Source of the DNA: Octopus sinensis
Taxonomy: Eukaryota
Direction of reading: 5' to 3'
DNA length: 64,000 nt
NCBI RefSeq assembly: GCF_006345805.1
Contig: NC_042997.1
Location: 104,594,001-104,658,000 of the forward strand
This document shows positions 41,980-54,850 of this stretch, one piece after another (the first letter of the stretch is position 1; each line of letters begins with the position of its first letter). The notes under the pieces are model-generated. The model did not search any database. It was given only the letters and a program-made list of their open reading frames with translations, and had not been told where the DNA came from. Position numbers and translations under genes: made by a program.

Positions 41980-42342
41980 CTCCCTGTGCCTGTGAAATCT
42001 TGTATCTCTGCCATAAGGCTTCATTTGCACACATGCCAGCTTAATTTAATCCGTCCTTAGTCGAAAGACACCTGTTGCTGTATCCTGTTATTTGTATTTG
42101 TGTAAAATTTTTCCGTTTTTTCCGTCTTTGTTTTCGTATACATTCGCTGCTTTCTTCCAAGAAATCTAATGCTCTTGGCTTAGTTTTTCTTTGGTGCCGA
42201 CCAGATTGGAGCAATCTCAAGTATAATCAGCCGAAATTGCAAAGATAATCTGGAACTCGACTGAGGAAAGAAAACTCCAAATAATTCCGTCCTTGTTTTC
42301 TTTGTATCGTCTATCTGGATGTTTTGCGTTCGTCCCATTTTG

Positions 42343-42346
<4 letters not shown>
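41977..42346 (+). mobile_element. Family G copy flanked by (TA)n on both sides
   Basis: Reverse complement of 26204-26576. Confidence 0.8.
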
Positions 42347-42417
<71 letters not shown>

Positions 42418-43212
42418 TGTATGTATACGTATCTATTTATATACATACACACACATACACACAGAATAAAATAAGTATAAAATCTCTTCAAATTACTAAA
42501 CGGTGAAACTTAAATGCTCCCTCTCAAACCCCAGCCCTCTCCACCTCTTTCTACCCCTCTTTCTCTATAAAACATTAACATAACCCTATCATCACCTTAT
42601 CTTAGATGCCAGGTCACATTCCCTTCTCCAAGTTTCCAGGCAACCTGTTTCTATGCTACTTTAATTTCGTGGATTGCGGTACCAGATATATTACTAGCGA
42701 CACTGACTGAAAATATTGTTTCCTAACCATCGAAACTTTGGACGTCGTTTAGCTGCCACCCTATATTAAATCTCAAACCTCATTATACACTCGCATAGCC
42801 ATAGTCATTTTGTCAAAAGAAATACAAAAGCAATCATTCATATTAATTACTCAATTTCGGAAAGCAATTTAACGAAATAAGCTAAGTAAGCATGCAATCA
42901 ATAATGTATGAAAATCAAATGTATTAAATTATATTCATTGAATCTAGATAGAAACGATTCTTATGCCATAAATTCTCTGTTTAAAATGTCATAAATTAAT
43001 CCTTCAGAAAATCCACATGGTGACTAAGTCAACTTTACAGGAATTGCATAAACAATACAGGAAAAATACGTAAATGTGCTGGACAGTCAATGACTTTGAG
43101 AAAATGATGCAATTGACGAAAACGGATTGATGGTTTCTTGGGTGAGCTCTGAGAAATGCAGCGTTTAATAACAATACAAAGGAACATAATAATGATAATA
43201 ATAATGATGATG

Positions 43213-43273
<61 letters not shown>

Positions 43274-43590
43274 TAACAACAGCAGCAACATTAACAACAA
43301 CAGCAACCACAACAATAAAAACATCAATAATAAAGAAAACAATAATGCCATTCTTTCTGTTGATTGCCAAATGAGCGCATATTTTGCGAGAGTAATAGTT
43401 TGGTATGGTTAGGTTTTCTATGGTTCGGTCAACAATAAACATAAGAAGGACAATGGTAGGACAAGAATCTGCAGGCAATTAACTCTTAATGCAATTCTGT
43501 CTGCTATTAATCAATATTGTGTATGCGTGTGTGCGTACACTTGCGTGCATATATATATATATATTATATATATATTATAATATATATATA

Positions 43591-43629
<39 letters not shown>

Positions 43630-43931
43630 TATTTGTGTATGTATGTATATATAAATGTTTATGTGTATAAATTATGTAATATAATCTGTCTAATGTAGGT
43701 ACAAGGATTGAAATTTTTTAGTCAATTACATCAGTCCCAGTGACTAACATAAACTTGTTTCCACGAACGCCAAACGATGAAACACAATATTGAAGTCAAA
43801 TTCAGAAAGCAAAGAACCAGAAGAAATGCCTCTAAGTATTTTGTCTGGCTCGGAAAAGATTGTACTAGCTGACCGCCTTGAAATTAAAGTAATAATAAAG
43901 TAATATACATATGTGTATACATACAGACAGT

Positions 43932-44225
43932 GGAGGCGCAATGGCCCAATGGTTAGGGCAGCGGGCTCGTGGTCAGATGATCGCGGTTTCGATTCTCAGA
44001 CCGGGCGTTGTGTGGCTTTATTGAGCGAAAACCACGAGGCTCAGGCAGGGAATGGTGGCGACCCCTGTTGTACTCTTTCACCCCAACTTTCTCTCACTCT
44101 TTCTTCCTGTTTTTTGAATAACGCTGCGATGGACTGACGTCCTGTCCAGCTGGAGGGAACACATACGTCATAGAAACCGAGAAACCGGGCCCATGCGCCT
44201 GGCTAGGCTTGAAAAGGGCGAGAAA
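43932..44225 (+). mobile_element. SINE family B with V-SINE-like 3' domain
   Basis: B head, then gctgcgatggactgacgtcctgtccag (44123-44150) and catagaaaccg, which I recall as the V-SINE central domain. Confidence 0.8.
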
Positions 44226-44719
44226 GAATATATACATACATACACGCATGCATGCATACATACATACATATATACATACATATATGTACGTGTGTGTGGT
44301 AAGTAGCTTGCTTACCAATAACATGTATGTATGCCATGCGCTTTGCAGTAAGGTGCAGTGTATCATGGAAATGCTGCTATAACTCATAAAAATCATCAAT
44401 ACTGGATTTAAAATTATTCGCCGTTTATCTACTGTAAAATTTCGCGGTTCATTTTAAATATTATGAGTATGTGTTGAATTTTGCATTTGTAACTTGCTAG
44501 TAATTATTTTTAATAGAAGCACTTAACTAGAGCGTAGTAGGAAGAAATAGTCATCTACTTTGAACTCAGTACCTGATTGTCACTTAATTAATGGAAAACG
44601 TAACCATTATCATGTTATTTTTTTCAGCGCCCAGTCAATTGTGTCAATACATCACCCTCAGTAATTTATTATAAATTAAATTTTCACTCAATCAATTTAT
44701 TTTAAAATTCGTTGTAGAA

Positions 44720-45090
44720 ATTTATTGCGGTTAACAATTATTTTATTCTCTACTTTTTCATGGTTTGCTGTGTTGCAATTTATCCAGAAAGCATCACACC
44801 TACGTGTGCAGTGTAATGGTTTGGATCACAGAATAATGCTTTAAAATGTTGTACATACATAGAAATCTGTATTTTACACTCCTTGTTGGAAGTATATTCT
44901 GAGTGATTTGCGATTTGTATATCATAAGTGGGAGGCGTTTGAGTTCTTTATGAATTTTGTTAATGATGTATTTATCAATTTTATAAGTAACTTTATTTTT
45001 TTCAGGTTGTGCATTGTTACTTGGTGTTGCATCTGTTGTAAGAGTGTGAGAGAGGTTGTATTTGCGTTGGTCTGTTATAGTTAAGGATAC
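44720..45090 (-). pseudogene. Possible PLE RT-endonuclease linker remnant
   Basis: EKNKVTYKI..IHKELKRL..KHYSVIQTI then C-T-R-R-C; weak resemblance to the start of a GIY-YIG domain. Confidence 0.3.
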
Positions 45091-45317
45091 CAATCTCTTC
45101 AGTTACTAATTATTTCTAAACTTTCTTAATCTTCTATGATTTCTTTATTAAAAGCTTCTTCAGTCGAGTATAATTTACAAATGATTTACAAATATTACAT
45201 AATTTATACACATAAACATTTATATATACATACATACACAAATATTTTGTGTCTGCGTAGTCACACGGCACATCCGCGCATATGTATGTATGTTTGTATA
45301 TATATATATATCTATAT

Positions 45318-45349
<32 letters not shown>

Positions 45350-45354
45350 ATATA

Positions 45355-45404
<50 letters not shown>

Positions 45405-45417
45405 ATATATATATATA

Positions 45418-45524
<107 letters not shown>

Positions 45525-45525
45525 T

Positions 45526-45750
45526 GCAATGGCCTAGTGGTTAGGGCAGCGGACTCGCGGTCGCAGGATCGCGGTTTCGATTCTCAGACTGGGCGTTGTG
45601 TGTGTTTATTGAGCGAAAACACCTAAAAGCTCTACGAGGCTCCGGCAGGGGGTGGTGATCCCTGCTGTACTCTTTCACCACAATGGCGGTGCCCCAGCAT
45701 GGCCACAGCTCAAGAGCTGAAACTGGAAAAACAAAAACAAAAACAAACAA
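45526..45750 (+). mobile_element. SINE family B with an A-family-like 3' tail
   Basis: B head, then ggcggtgccccagcatggccacagctcaagagctgaaac (45685-45726), which resembles the SINE A tail. Confidence 0.8.
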
Positions 45751-45764
45751 TATATATATATATA

Positions 45765-45796
<32 letters not shown>

Positions 45797-45801
<5 letters not shown>

Positions 45802-46679
45802 TCAATAATAAAGGGTGAAATTAATTAATTTAGAAATAATCATTAATTTCACCAAGTAGAGTTCGACATGTAAAAGCCCCATTCAAGGAGGGTTTAAGTA
45901 ATAATAAGTAATTAAGGGTTTAGCAACGATTTGCCTCGCCACACACCGAATTTAGAAATAGCTGTCAAAAAGTTTTGGCTATTCTTTCTACTTAAAAGGG
46001 AGATCCCAGTAAAACCAAAGCACTTAAAAAGCAAACGACGCAGGCAAAAGAGAAAGAAATGATGAAAATCATTCTATATTAAGTCACATTACTTAAACCT
46101 TCCTTGAATGGGGCTTTTACATGCCGAACTCTACTTGGTGAAATTAATGATTATTTCTAAATTAATTAATTTCACCCTTTATTATTGATAATTGTATTTC
46201 ATCCCAGTAAAAAAACTGTAGCATCTTATTTTGGCAGCACGCTGGCGGAAGGGGGATGGTGACATACTTTCATTCAACCTTTGAATTTGGTAGTACTGGA
46301 AAGGCTTACGCTCGCTCTGATACCATGAGTTGAGGTGATGTCTTCTAGTGCCTTCAATTTTAATACACAATTATTAATAATTGAGACGCAATTATTTATG
46401 ATTGAAGAGTCCTACGCTGAGGAGGAAAATAGTCAGGTAAGACATAATTATTTAATTTTTATGCTCTGCAATGACTTAATTCCGAAACATACGTCCGTAG
46501 GTGACTTAATATAGAATGATTTTCGTCATTTCTTTCTCTTTTGCCTGCGTCGTTTGCTTTTTAAGTGATTTGGTTTTACTGGGATCTCCCTTTTAAGTAG
46601 AAAGAATAGCCAAAACTTTTTGACTGCTATTTCTAAATTCGGTGTGTGGTGAGGCAAATCGTTGCTAAACACTTAATTA
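45797..46679. repeat. Interleaved inverted repeats of a PLE-type module between two TA tracts
   Basis: Y arms 45797-45902 / 46088-46193 (106 bp each); X arms 45909-46087 / 46501-46679 (179 bp each); few mismatches. Confidence 0.95.
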
Positions 46680-46716
46680 ATTAGTATATATATATATGTA
46701 TATGTATATGTATGTT

Positions 46717-46748
<32 letters not shown>

Positions 46749-46762
46749 TGTATGTATGTATG

Positions 46763-46793
<31 letters not shown>

Positions 46794-46989
46794 GTATGTA
46801 TGTATGTATGCATGTATGATGGATTCTCTACTGGTGCTTTGCAAACCTTTTAGCAAGTTGAACGAGTTGATGACGCAGTTTTCCTCAGTGCTTGTAGATT
46901 ATTTGATATGTTTTCTTAAGTTGACGGCAAGACGTGCTTTGTTTCGAGCTACAAAACCACAATGACAAGTAAGGCTTCCATTTAGAGGG

Positions 46990-47600
46990 GCAACGTTTTG
47001 CCAGAGTATCTTCATGCTTGCCTAAAGTTGGACTCGATGCTAGAGTCGACTTCGCTCAGGTTTTTGAACTGAGGAGCAAGATTTGCACTAGGTCCTGCGT
47101 TCTGATGCCTTGTTTTCCCAGGAAGAAAAGGGAATGTTGCATTACTTCAGATTGTCTTTCAATTTGTTTTTGAAGTGCAATAGTGGCATTCTAACTGATT
47201 TCATGTTGGAAATTGGCTAAAGAGGAATTGCTTCGGAATACTGATATCATTCATACGTGAGAAGTAAACTGACTATCTAGTCTGTATTTTGATGAGGATG
47301 ACTTCAATACCCGGTATGCTGCATTTTGTTAGAATCTCACTTTTATGAATATGGTCTCTCGGTTTTATGTTGCAGATAGGATGTAAACACAACATATGAA
47401 AAGCGTCAAGTTGGTTGATGTGTTTTCGGAATAGAGTCCAAAATTCCGGCTGGGGCTATGTTGTAGCGCCGCCTTTCAGAGAATTTGGATCACCTTTCTG
47501 TACTGTTTTTGGTAAAGAAGTGAGTTAGACACGGAGCCGATCTTCTTAAAATATGTCGTATCGTGTAGTCCTTCAGTTTTACATATATTACTGTGAGTAG
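46990..47600 (-). pseudogene. RTE-clade LINE, C-terminal RT remnant
   Basis: Minus, across frameshifts: WTL.RKHINQLDAFH, EILTKCSIPGIEVILIK, RMNDISIPKQ, FKNKLKDNLK. Confidence 0.7.
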
Positions 47601-47644
47601 TATGATGTTGCAGCTTGATTTCATTCTAGAGTTATTTGGATTTG

Positions 47645-47860
47645 TACGGTGAGGTGCTTAAAAGTTCCCGGCTTCGGGTAAAAGAAAATACAGGAGGATC
47701 AGTTAATTATGATTATATTCAACATATTCTCCTCTCAGGTTCATTGTTGCAGCAGTCCTTCAGTTTTTCTAAGCCCTGTAAAAGAACTCGGAAGTTTGGG
47801 CCTCCAACTTAGCCTTTCGCGATACCGTTAAAACCAGGACCTTTTCAGCACTTCCTCGTA
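47645..47860 (-). mobile_element. mariner-derived MITE / deletion derivative
   Basis: TA-flanked; ends tacggtgaggtgcttaaaagttcccggctt and aaaaccaggaccttttcagcacttcctcgta are imperfect TIRs; minus strand keeps the transposase C-terminus (GLEKLKDCCN..NLRGEYVE*). Confidence 0.8.
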
Positions 47861-49299
47861 AATTCAGGGACTGAATTTTTCTTGTTTTTTCTCTATGTAG
47901 GACAATAAACATATAAACTACGTATCTTTTAAAGTTAATGCTATTACATTAATCATATAGAACGACATGAATATGGGCCTGAAAAGAAAACACATAGTTA
48001 CTACATCAGCTTCGTCTATAGTTTGCTTTTGGGCAATGGAGAAAAAAAACCTCAGCCATGCAGACGATGGTACAAAAGTCGTGCAAACGAGCGTACAAAA
48101 AACATGCTGATGATGGTACGAATAATATCTATGCACAAGAGTTAGCTTGTTGGACTCAGGATAATATGTGGTCGGATCCATTCCTGGACATCATTATGTC
48201 TTTGAATAACGCACTTCATTAAAGGTTTTCCAGTTCACTCAATTGAAAAGTACTATCAGCCCAGTGCTCTGGAAGCCCTCCTTCCCTCAAGTCATTATAT
48301 CCTCGATATTCTGCTAAGTGAAATGTAAATTAGCAGAAAGGGTAGCTGTGGTTGTTTGCCACTAGAGATGCGCTTTATAGCGGAAACATACTATATAAGA
48401 CTGAGTCATACTCTCTTGCATGTGACGTGGTATATTTTAACGGTGTACAAAAACTGAGTGTGCGTGTTTACAAGTGTGTGCATTCGTGTTCTCTTAAGGA
48501 ATATGCGTCGGCATTGATAGCAAGTTCTCTTTTCAGACGAAGTTAAGCAGTGCAAATGAGAGAATGTTTATCTATAAATTCCATATTTTTAAAGATATGC
48601 ACTTATAATATTTTGGCTTGAAACAAACGACGATCATCTTCAGATAGAAGCAATGTTTTCCACATACCATAGAAAATAATACTTCACAGAGTTATTCTAA
48701 GAAATATTTTGAAGATAGATTAGTCCTTGGTATTTCTGTTTTAGTACAATCTACTGTATTTAGTATCGCAACATTTTGAAGTGTGATAGTTATCTTATCT
48801 CCTCATGAGTCATCATGGAAGCCAAGCATGTGTGATAATTATTTTACATACAAGAAAATCATTCATTCATACACTTGCATAGTTGAAGCTGCTTCTATAA
48901 CAGACTTTGTTTCTAACATTGTTTATGTTAATAGAACAGTGGATTGGAAGAATTCTTAAGATCTCCAGCAAAATAACCTGTTGAATTCCCGTCGTGTTTA
49001 ACTTTGCTTTTCATTCTTTTAATCGACTGTAGTCGATTAAATGACAACTACGATCAATGCAAGTTTATGCTTTAGCCTCAGTATTCGAAATAAATAATAA
49101 TAATAACAAAATTTTTGCTATTGTTCTTCATGTTCTTGTTTAGTAACCTAATGTCAGGCCTGATCCCGTTTCCTATGGTATACAGTTACAGTTTGAACGT
49201 CAAGGTATGACTCAAAGACCATTATCTCTGTTCAGCTAAGTATGATAGTGCACAGTCCGACATGTAGCGAATTAATCGTATGGAATATTATGCAACATT

Positions 49300-49900
49300 C
49301 TGAACACATTTTACTCTCTCTTGTATCCAATCCACTTCTTCCACAGCAGAAGCGGGTGATATAGGCTTGGTTAGAGCTTCATAGTTGCAGTTCCTATACC
49401 CTTCCTGTGCATTTTACTACATCCAAACACTCCATTGAAGTAACTGGACTTAATAAGGCCATTCGTATTGCTATTTCTGTGAATATGCGTTCGTTATGTT
49501 TGTCCAACCTAACCTGGAGATGCAGTGTTTACATATCTGCATATCGGGAATTAGCTTTCTGGTAGCGTAGCAGATTGTGGGTATTAAAGCTTGTTACACC
49601 AGCAATCTGGTCTGTAGTTGGTTCGTGTATATTTGATAGAACATTGATCACGTTTTTGAGTAATTTGTAGTTTAGCTAGTTTAGCGAGTGAAATCTGTTG
49701 TGTTAGGTGGCATCTGGAGGGAGCATCAGAGAGTAAAGTCATCTGGAGTATGTGGATATGGAAATGGAATTGTCTTAGGTATATGTCGAGTGTTATGATA
49801 AAACCTTTTACTTCTATAAAGGTGCTTTTGATGCTGTTCTCATTGTATTGTACATTTGAACAAATATTTTGCGCGGGATCTTTATAAAAATTTTAATTCT
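49300..49900 (-). pseudogene. Decayed LINE reverse transcriptase fragment
   Basis: Minus: (P)DDFTL (YADD-derived), with downstream CLDVVKCTGR-like remnants; heavily disrupted. Confidence 0.4.
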
Positions 49901-50629
49901 TTGAAAAATGTGGGGATGGGGGTAGCTGTGAAGTATTGTGGTGTTTTAAATAAATTTTATGTGGACCAATACCATAGGGAAGGGTGATAACAAGGTACTT
50001 CCTATGTTTATCGATGTTTTCACTCCAGTTGATAATGTTAAGTTTTCTCTTCACGCAAGAGTCATGGTTCCCGCTGTTCTCTGACAGAGTTCACATGTGC
50101 TTTGAATTAATACCGATATTAGAAAACAACAAACAAAAAAAAGAAATCAATAACTTTTCAAAGCTGTGACTTACGCCTTTTTTTTTACCCATTAATTAGT
50201 GTTCATTTACTCACAATATTTATTACGTTTGATGCCTCTTACACAAGTATTTGCGAACGAATACAGTTCAATATCTTAAATGTAAATATGGCTTTTAGGG
50301 TTAAAAGATTTAAAGAAGACAAAAGGATATCTGATAGCCAAACAAGACAAATAACTACGTTCTTTGTAGATCATTAGCTGAACACGCTAATGCAGAATGA
50401 CTTCTTTCTTTCCAAAATGGAATTTTATTGCCCACGTGAGAGGAAAATCATTTTAATCCCAGCACACTCATCTGTTTTAGTTGTCACTTTACGACTGCAA
50501 TTTGAAATATATTATTTTATGATCTATAAGTTAAAAGTTCTACCACCACCACCGACGCCGTCTCCGCCACCGACGCCGCCGCCACTCCCACCATATACAG
50601 CTACAATTACTACCACCTCTAGCATCACA

Positions 50630-50770
<141 letters not shown>

Positions 50771-51355
50771 TATTACCCTGTTGTTACTGATGTTAATTCT
50801 GTTTTTGATGGTGATGATGTATGTGCTGGCACTCCTGTCATCTCTGCTAATGTTAACGCAATTATAAAAAAGAAAAAGGTGTCACGAAACCAAATAAGTG
50901 ACCCCCACCCCCAACTTAAGAAGTGAGTGAGAAATGCTCAAAGAAAAGGTACTGAAAGATACGAGGTATGGTCGACGGAATGTGAGTCATACGTCGTTGT
51001 TTAAGTGAAACATGAATCGTCATCACCATCATCGTCATCATCATCACTGTCGTCATCGTCATCATCATCTTTTGACGATCATGTTCCAAGCTGGCCTGGG
51101 TCGGAAAAAATGCTATGGATGAATATAAACTCTACAATCAACATATAGCCGTTACCGTTGGTTTCAAATTTAGGCACAAGACCAGCAATTTCTGAGAGTG
51201 GGTAAATCGATAATATCGATCCCAGTACTCGAAGAGTACTTATTTTATAGATTATGAAGGGTAAGGATACACCAGCGACACTTGAACGTAAAGTCGAAGG
51301 AAACGTCACTAAACATTTTGTCCGGTGCGGTAATGAATTAAGAAAATTATATACA

Positions 51356-52653
51356 TTAGGTTGTCAAAGTTTTTGCGGAATTTTAAATTTTGGTTTTAAA
51401 TGATGTATTTTCAAGTTAATTGTCGTTAAATTACTTTGAATTTATATATCATTTTAAAGCCCGTTTTTTGCTCTATCTAATCGTGTTACTCGTTTTCTTT
51501 TTGAGTAATTAGGCCATTTTTTCAGGAACATTGAATACAACGAGGACAAAAAGCAAATTCACATAATTTTCTTATTCCAGTTCAATCTAGGCCGAGAAGC
51601 TGCTGAAATAGCTCGCGATATCAACGATGCGTTTGGCCCAGGAACCACTAATGAACGTACAGCACAATGGTTGTACAACAAATTTCGTAGCGGTGATGAG
51701 AGTCTTGAAGATGATAAGCGTAATGGTCGGCCATCGGATGTTGACAACGATCAACTAAGAGCCTGAGTGGAAGCCAATCCACACACAACTGTTCGTTAGC
51801 TTGCTTCTGAATTAGAAGTAACGTCCACGACAATTTCCAGTCACTTGAAAGAGATTGGAAAACCAAAAATACTTGAGAAATGGGTATCGCACGAATTGAA
51901 CGACAACTAAAAAAAATTTTTTTTTTTAAACGGCGTTTTGAAGTGTCGTCTTCCCTTCTTTTACGCAACAAGAGCGATACATTTCTCGACCGGATTGTGA
52001 CTTGCGATGAAAAGTGGATTCTTTACGACAACTGGCGACGCTCAGCTCAGTGGTTGGACGCCGAGGAAGCTCCACAACACTTCCCGAAGCCAAAGTTTCA
52101 CCGAAAGAAGGTCATGGTGTCTGTTTGGTGGTCTGCGGCGGGTGTCATCCATCACAGCTTTTTTGGATCCAGGCGAAACCATTACGGCGGAGAAGTACTG
52201 TCAGCAAATGGATGAATTGCATTAAAAATCTCCGTCATCAACAGCCAGCATTGGTCAATAGAAAAGGACCAATTCCTCTCCCGACAACGGTCGGCCACAC
52301 GTCGTACAACTGACCATTCAAAAGTTGAACGTATTGGGCTACGAAGCTCTGCCTCATCCGCCATACTCACAAGACCTCTCGCCTACGGACTACCACTTTT
52401 TCAAGCATCTCGACAACTTCCTGCGTGAGATATGTCTCAAAAACCTAGACGATGCCAACGACGCCTTCAACGACTTCATCGCCACCAGAACGCTGGATTT
52501 TTACGCTACTGGCATAAATAAACTTGTTTCGTGTTGGTAAAAGTGTGTTGATTCTTATGGTGTTTATTTCGATTAATAAAGTTTTGTTTTAGCCCGGATA
52601 TGTGCATCTGAATTTAAAGGTTAAAAACCGCAAGAACTTTCTTGACAGCTTAA
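51356..52653 (+). mobile_element. Full-length mariner, Hsmar1-like (cecropia subfamily), inactive
   Basis: Left TIR ttaggttgtcaaagtttttgcggaatttta; right TIR aaaaaccgcaagaactttcttgacagcttaa followed by TA; ~1.3 kb. Confidence 0.95.
51530..52576 (+). pseudogene. Hsmar1-like transposase pseudogene
   Basis: [88 protein letters not shown]; several stops and frameshifts; start codon decayed. Confidence 0.95.
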
Positions 52654-52698
52654 TATATATATTAGGTTGTCAAGAAAGTTCTTGCGGTTTTTAACCTT
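52617..52698. repeat. Inverted duplication of the mariner right end across (TA)4
   Basis: 37-bp arms 52617-52653 and 52662-52698, 35/37 complementary. Confidence 0.95.
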
Positions 52699-52705
52699 AT
52701 ATATA

Positions 52706-52779
<74 letters not shown>

Positions 52780-52872
52780 CAATATTAGGGTAGCAAAAAA
52801 TTCAATAGAAATTATTTTGCCACCAGCGGTCTAGTGAGAAAGAGGAAATAGTCAGAGACTATTAATAAATTC

Positions 52873-53140
52873 AACAAACATTGAGGAACGGCTATAATAG
52901 GCCGTTCGACCCACTAGAAATAGCAGCAAGGGCTCCAACCGCAAATAGTAGTAATTCCGAAATCAGAGGAAAAATTAAAAAAATTAAAAACTTAAAAAAT
53001 TAAGAAATTAAAAGAAGGACAGGGTAAATGTTTTTTAAATTTTTCCTCTAATTTCGGAATTACTACTATTTGCGGTTGGAGCCCTTGCTGCTATTTCTAG
53101 TGGGTCGAACGGCCTATTATAGCCGTTCCTCAATGTTTGT

Positions 53141-53141
<1 letters not shown>
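52873..53141. repeat. Inverted repeat, 111-bp arms, between TA tracts
   Basis: 52873-52983 versus 53031-53141, ~2 mismatches; the right arm stops at (TA)n, while the left arm continues to ~52790 and another (TA)n. Confidence 0.95.
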
Positions 53142-53172
<31 letters not shown>

Positions 53173-53984
53173 AAAGTTTTTCAGACGGAGTACTTATATA
53201 TATATATGAAAATCTTTCAGGCGGAGTACTTATTCGGAGAAAAGGAAAACCTACTCAAACCTCATATAAATTGCAGACATGTTTTCTGAGTCTTTTTCCA
53301 TTCTTTTATTGTCTAATTATTAAAAAAAAAAAAAAAAAATGAAAAAGAAAAGAAATTAATTGTACGATTTAAAAAAAAAATCTAGTGAGGTGGACTTTAC
53401 CTGTCATCTCTCCGAAGTCGATAAAATAAATTCAGTATTTCACAGAAGTAAAATGTTACGAAAACAGAGTCGTGGAAAAAGAAGTCTCAAGAAAACTTTA
53501 ATAAATGACTGCTACAGTTTTGTTACATTCGATATGTTTAATGAAACGTATGTCTTTTTTCCTAACATGTTATATCATAATATAAATTATTGTTATAGTA
53601 TACAATAATAGTATCGATCCAATAGATTACATTTTTCCCTAAAGGACTGTATTTGTACTTATGTTAAAAATTTTATTCTTCTATATATCGCAGACATTCC
53701 CTACACGTGAGTCTCTCACTACTACACGTTTGTCTTATACACCTCTTTACCTTGTCGAATTCTTTTCCTCCATGCTAAAGTTTCATAAAGTTAGTCTTTC
53801 AGGACAGAACTGCAGTACAATAGTTAAAAGGAATATGAAAAGAAGAGATGGATGTGTTTGTGCACCTACGGGAGTGTATACGCGTTTTAAGGTAGGCATG
53901 AGAAGGGAATTGTTATGATCATAGTTCCGTAGTATGTGTGTTTATGTGTGAACAGGTGTGCAAGTACGAAAGTATATACTGCTG

Positions 53985-54034
<50 letters not shown>

Positions 54035-54112
54035 CTGTGCGTGTGTGTATCTATATATGTACATATATATACACATATATGCATGTACATATATATTCTT
54101 TTTCTTTTATTC

Positions 54113-54292
54113 GTTTACTTGTTTCAATCATTTGACTGCGGCCATGCTGGAGCACCGCTTTACATGATTTTAGTAGAAGAAATCGACCCCAAGATTTTGT
54201 AAGCTTAGTATTTATTCTCTTCATCGTCTTTCGCCGAACCGCTAAGTTACCTGCATATAAACACACCAGCATCGGTTAGCAAGCAATGCTGG

Positions 54293-54293
<1 letters not shown>
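54113..54293 (-). mobile_element. SINE family A, 3' module
   Basis: tttacttgtttcaatcatttgactgcggccatgctggagcaccgc...aagcaatgct. Confidence 0.85.
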
Positions 54294-54331
<38 letters not shown>

Positions 54332-54426
54332 TATAATCCACATTAAATTAAGAAAAGAAAGTAGAGTTAGTGGTTAATAATCACCCCTTTAAGAGGTATG
54401 CATATCCTCTAATTAACTAATGTATA

Positions 54427-54473
<47 letters not shown>

Positions 54474-54806
54474 TTGTTTGTTTGTTTGTTTGTGTGAGCA
54501 TATGTGTGTGTGTCTCTGTGTGTCTCTGTGTGTCTGTGTGTCTGTGTGTGTCTGTGTGTCTGTGTGTGTCTGTGTGTCTCTGTGTGTTTACGTCTGCGAA
54601 TGCATACAGCTGGTGGTCGTTTAACCAAAGTATTTTCTTTCAGTTCCAAGTACAATTCTAATACATACATCTAGTAGTTATGCTTATGTAACTAACACTA
54701 TGTATGTACAGATTTTCCTTGTAATTAATAAGAACTTAAGAGTAAGAACGATAGACATACATATGTGTCTGTGTATCTATATATATATATGTATATCTAT
54801 ATATAT

Positions 54807-54850
<44 letters not shown>

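Noticed and set aside
42240-42300. CTGAGGA..GTC in family G as a hammerhead (also ~26245-26290 minus)
   Set aside because: GAAA is broken in both copies and no stem I can form.
51880-52540. ORFs that could be called SETMAR
   Set aside because: No SET domain; stops, frameshifts and flanking TIRs show a dead mariner.
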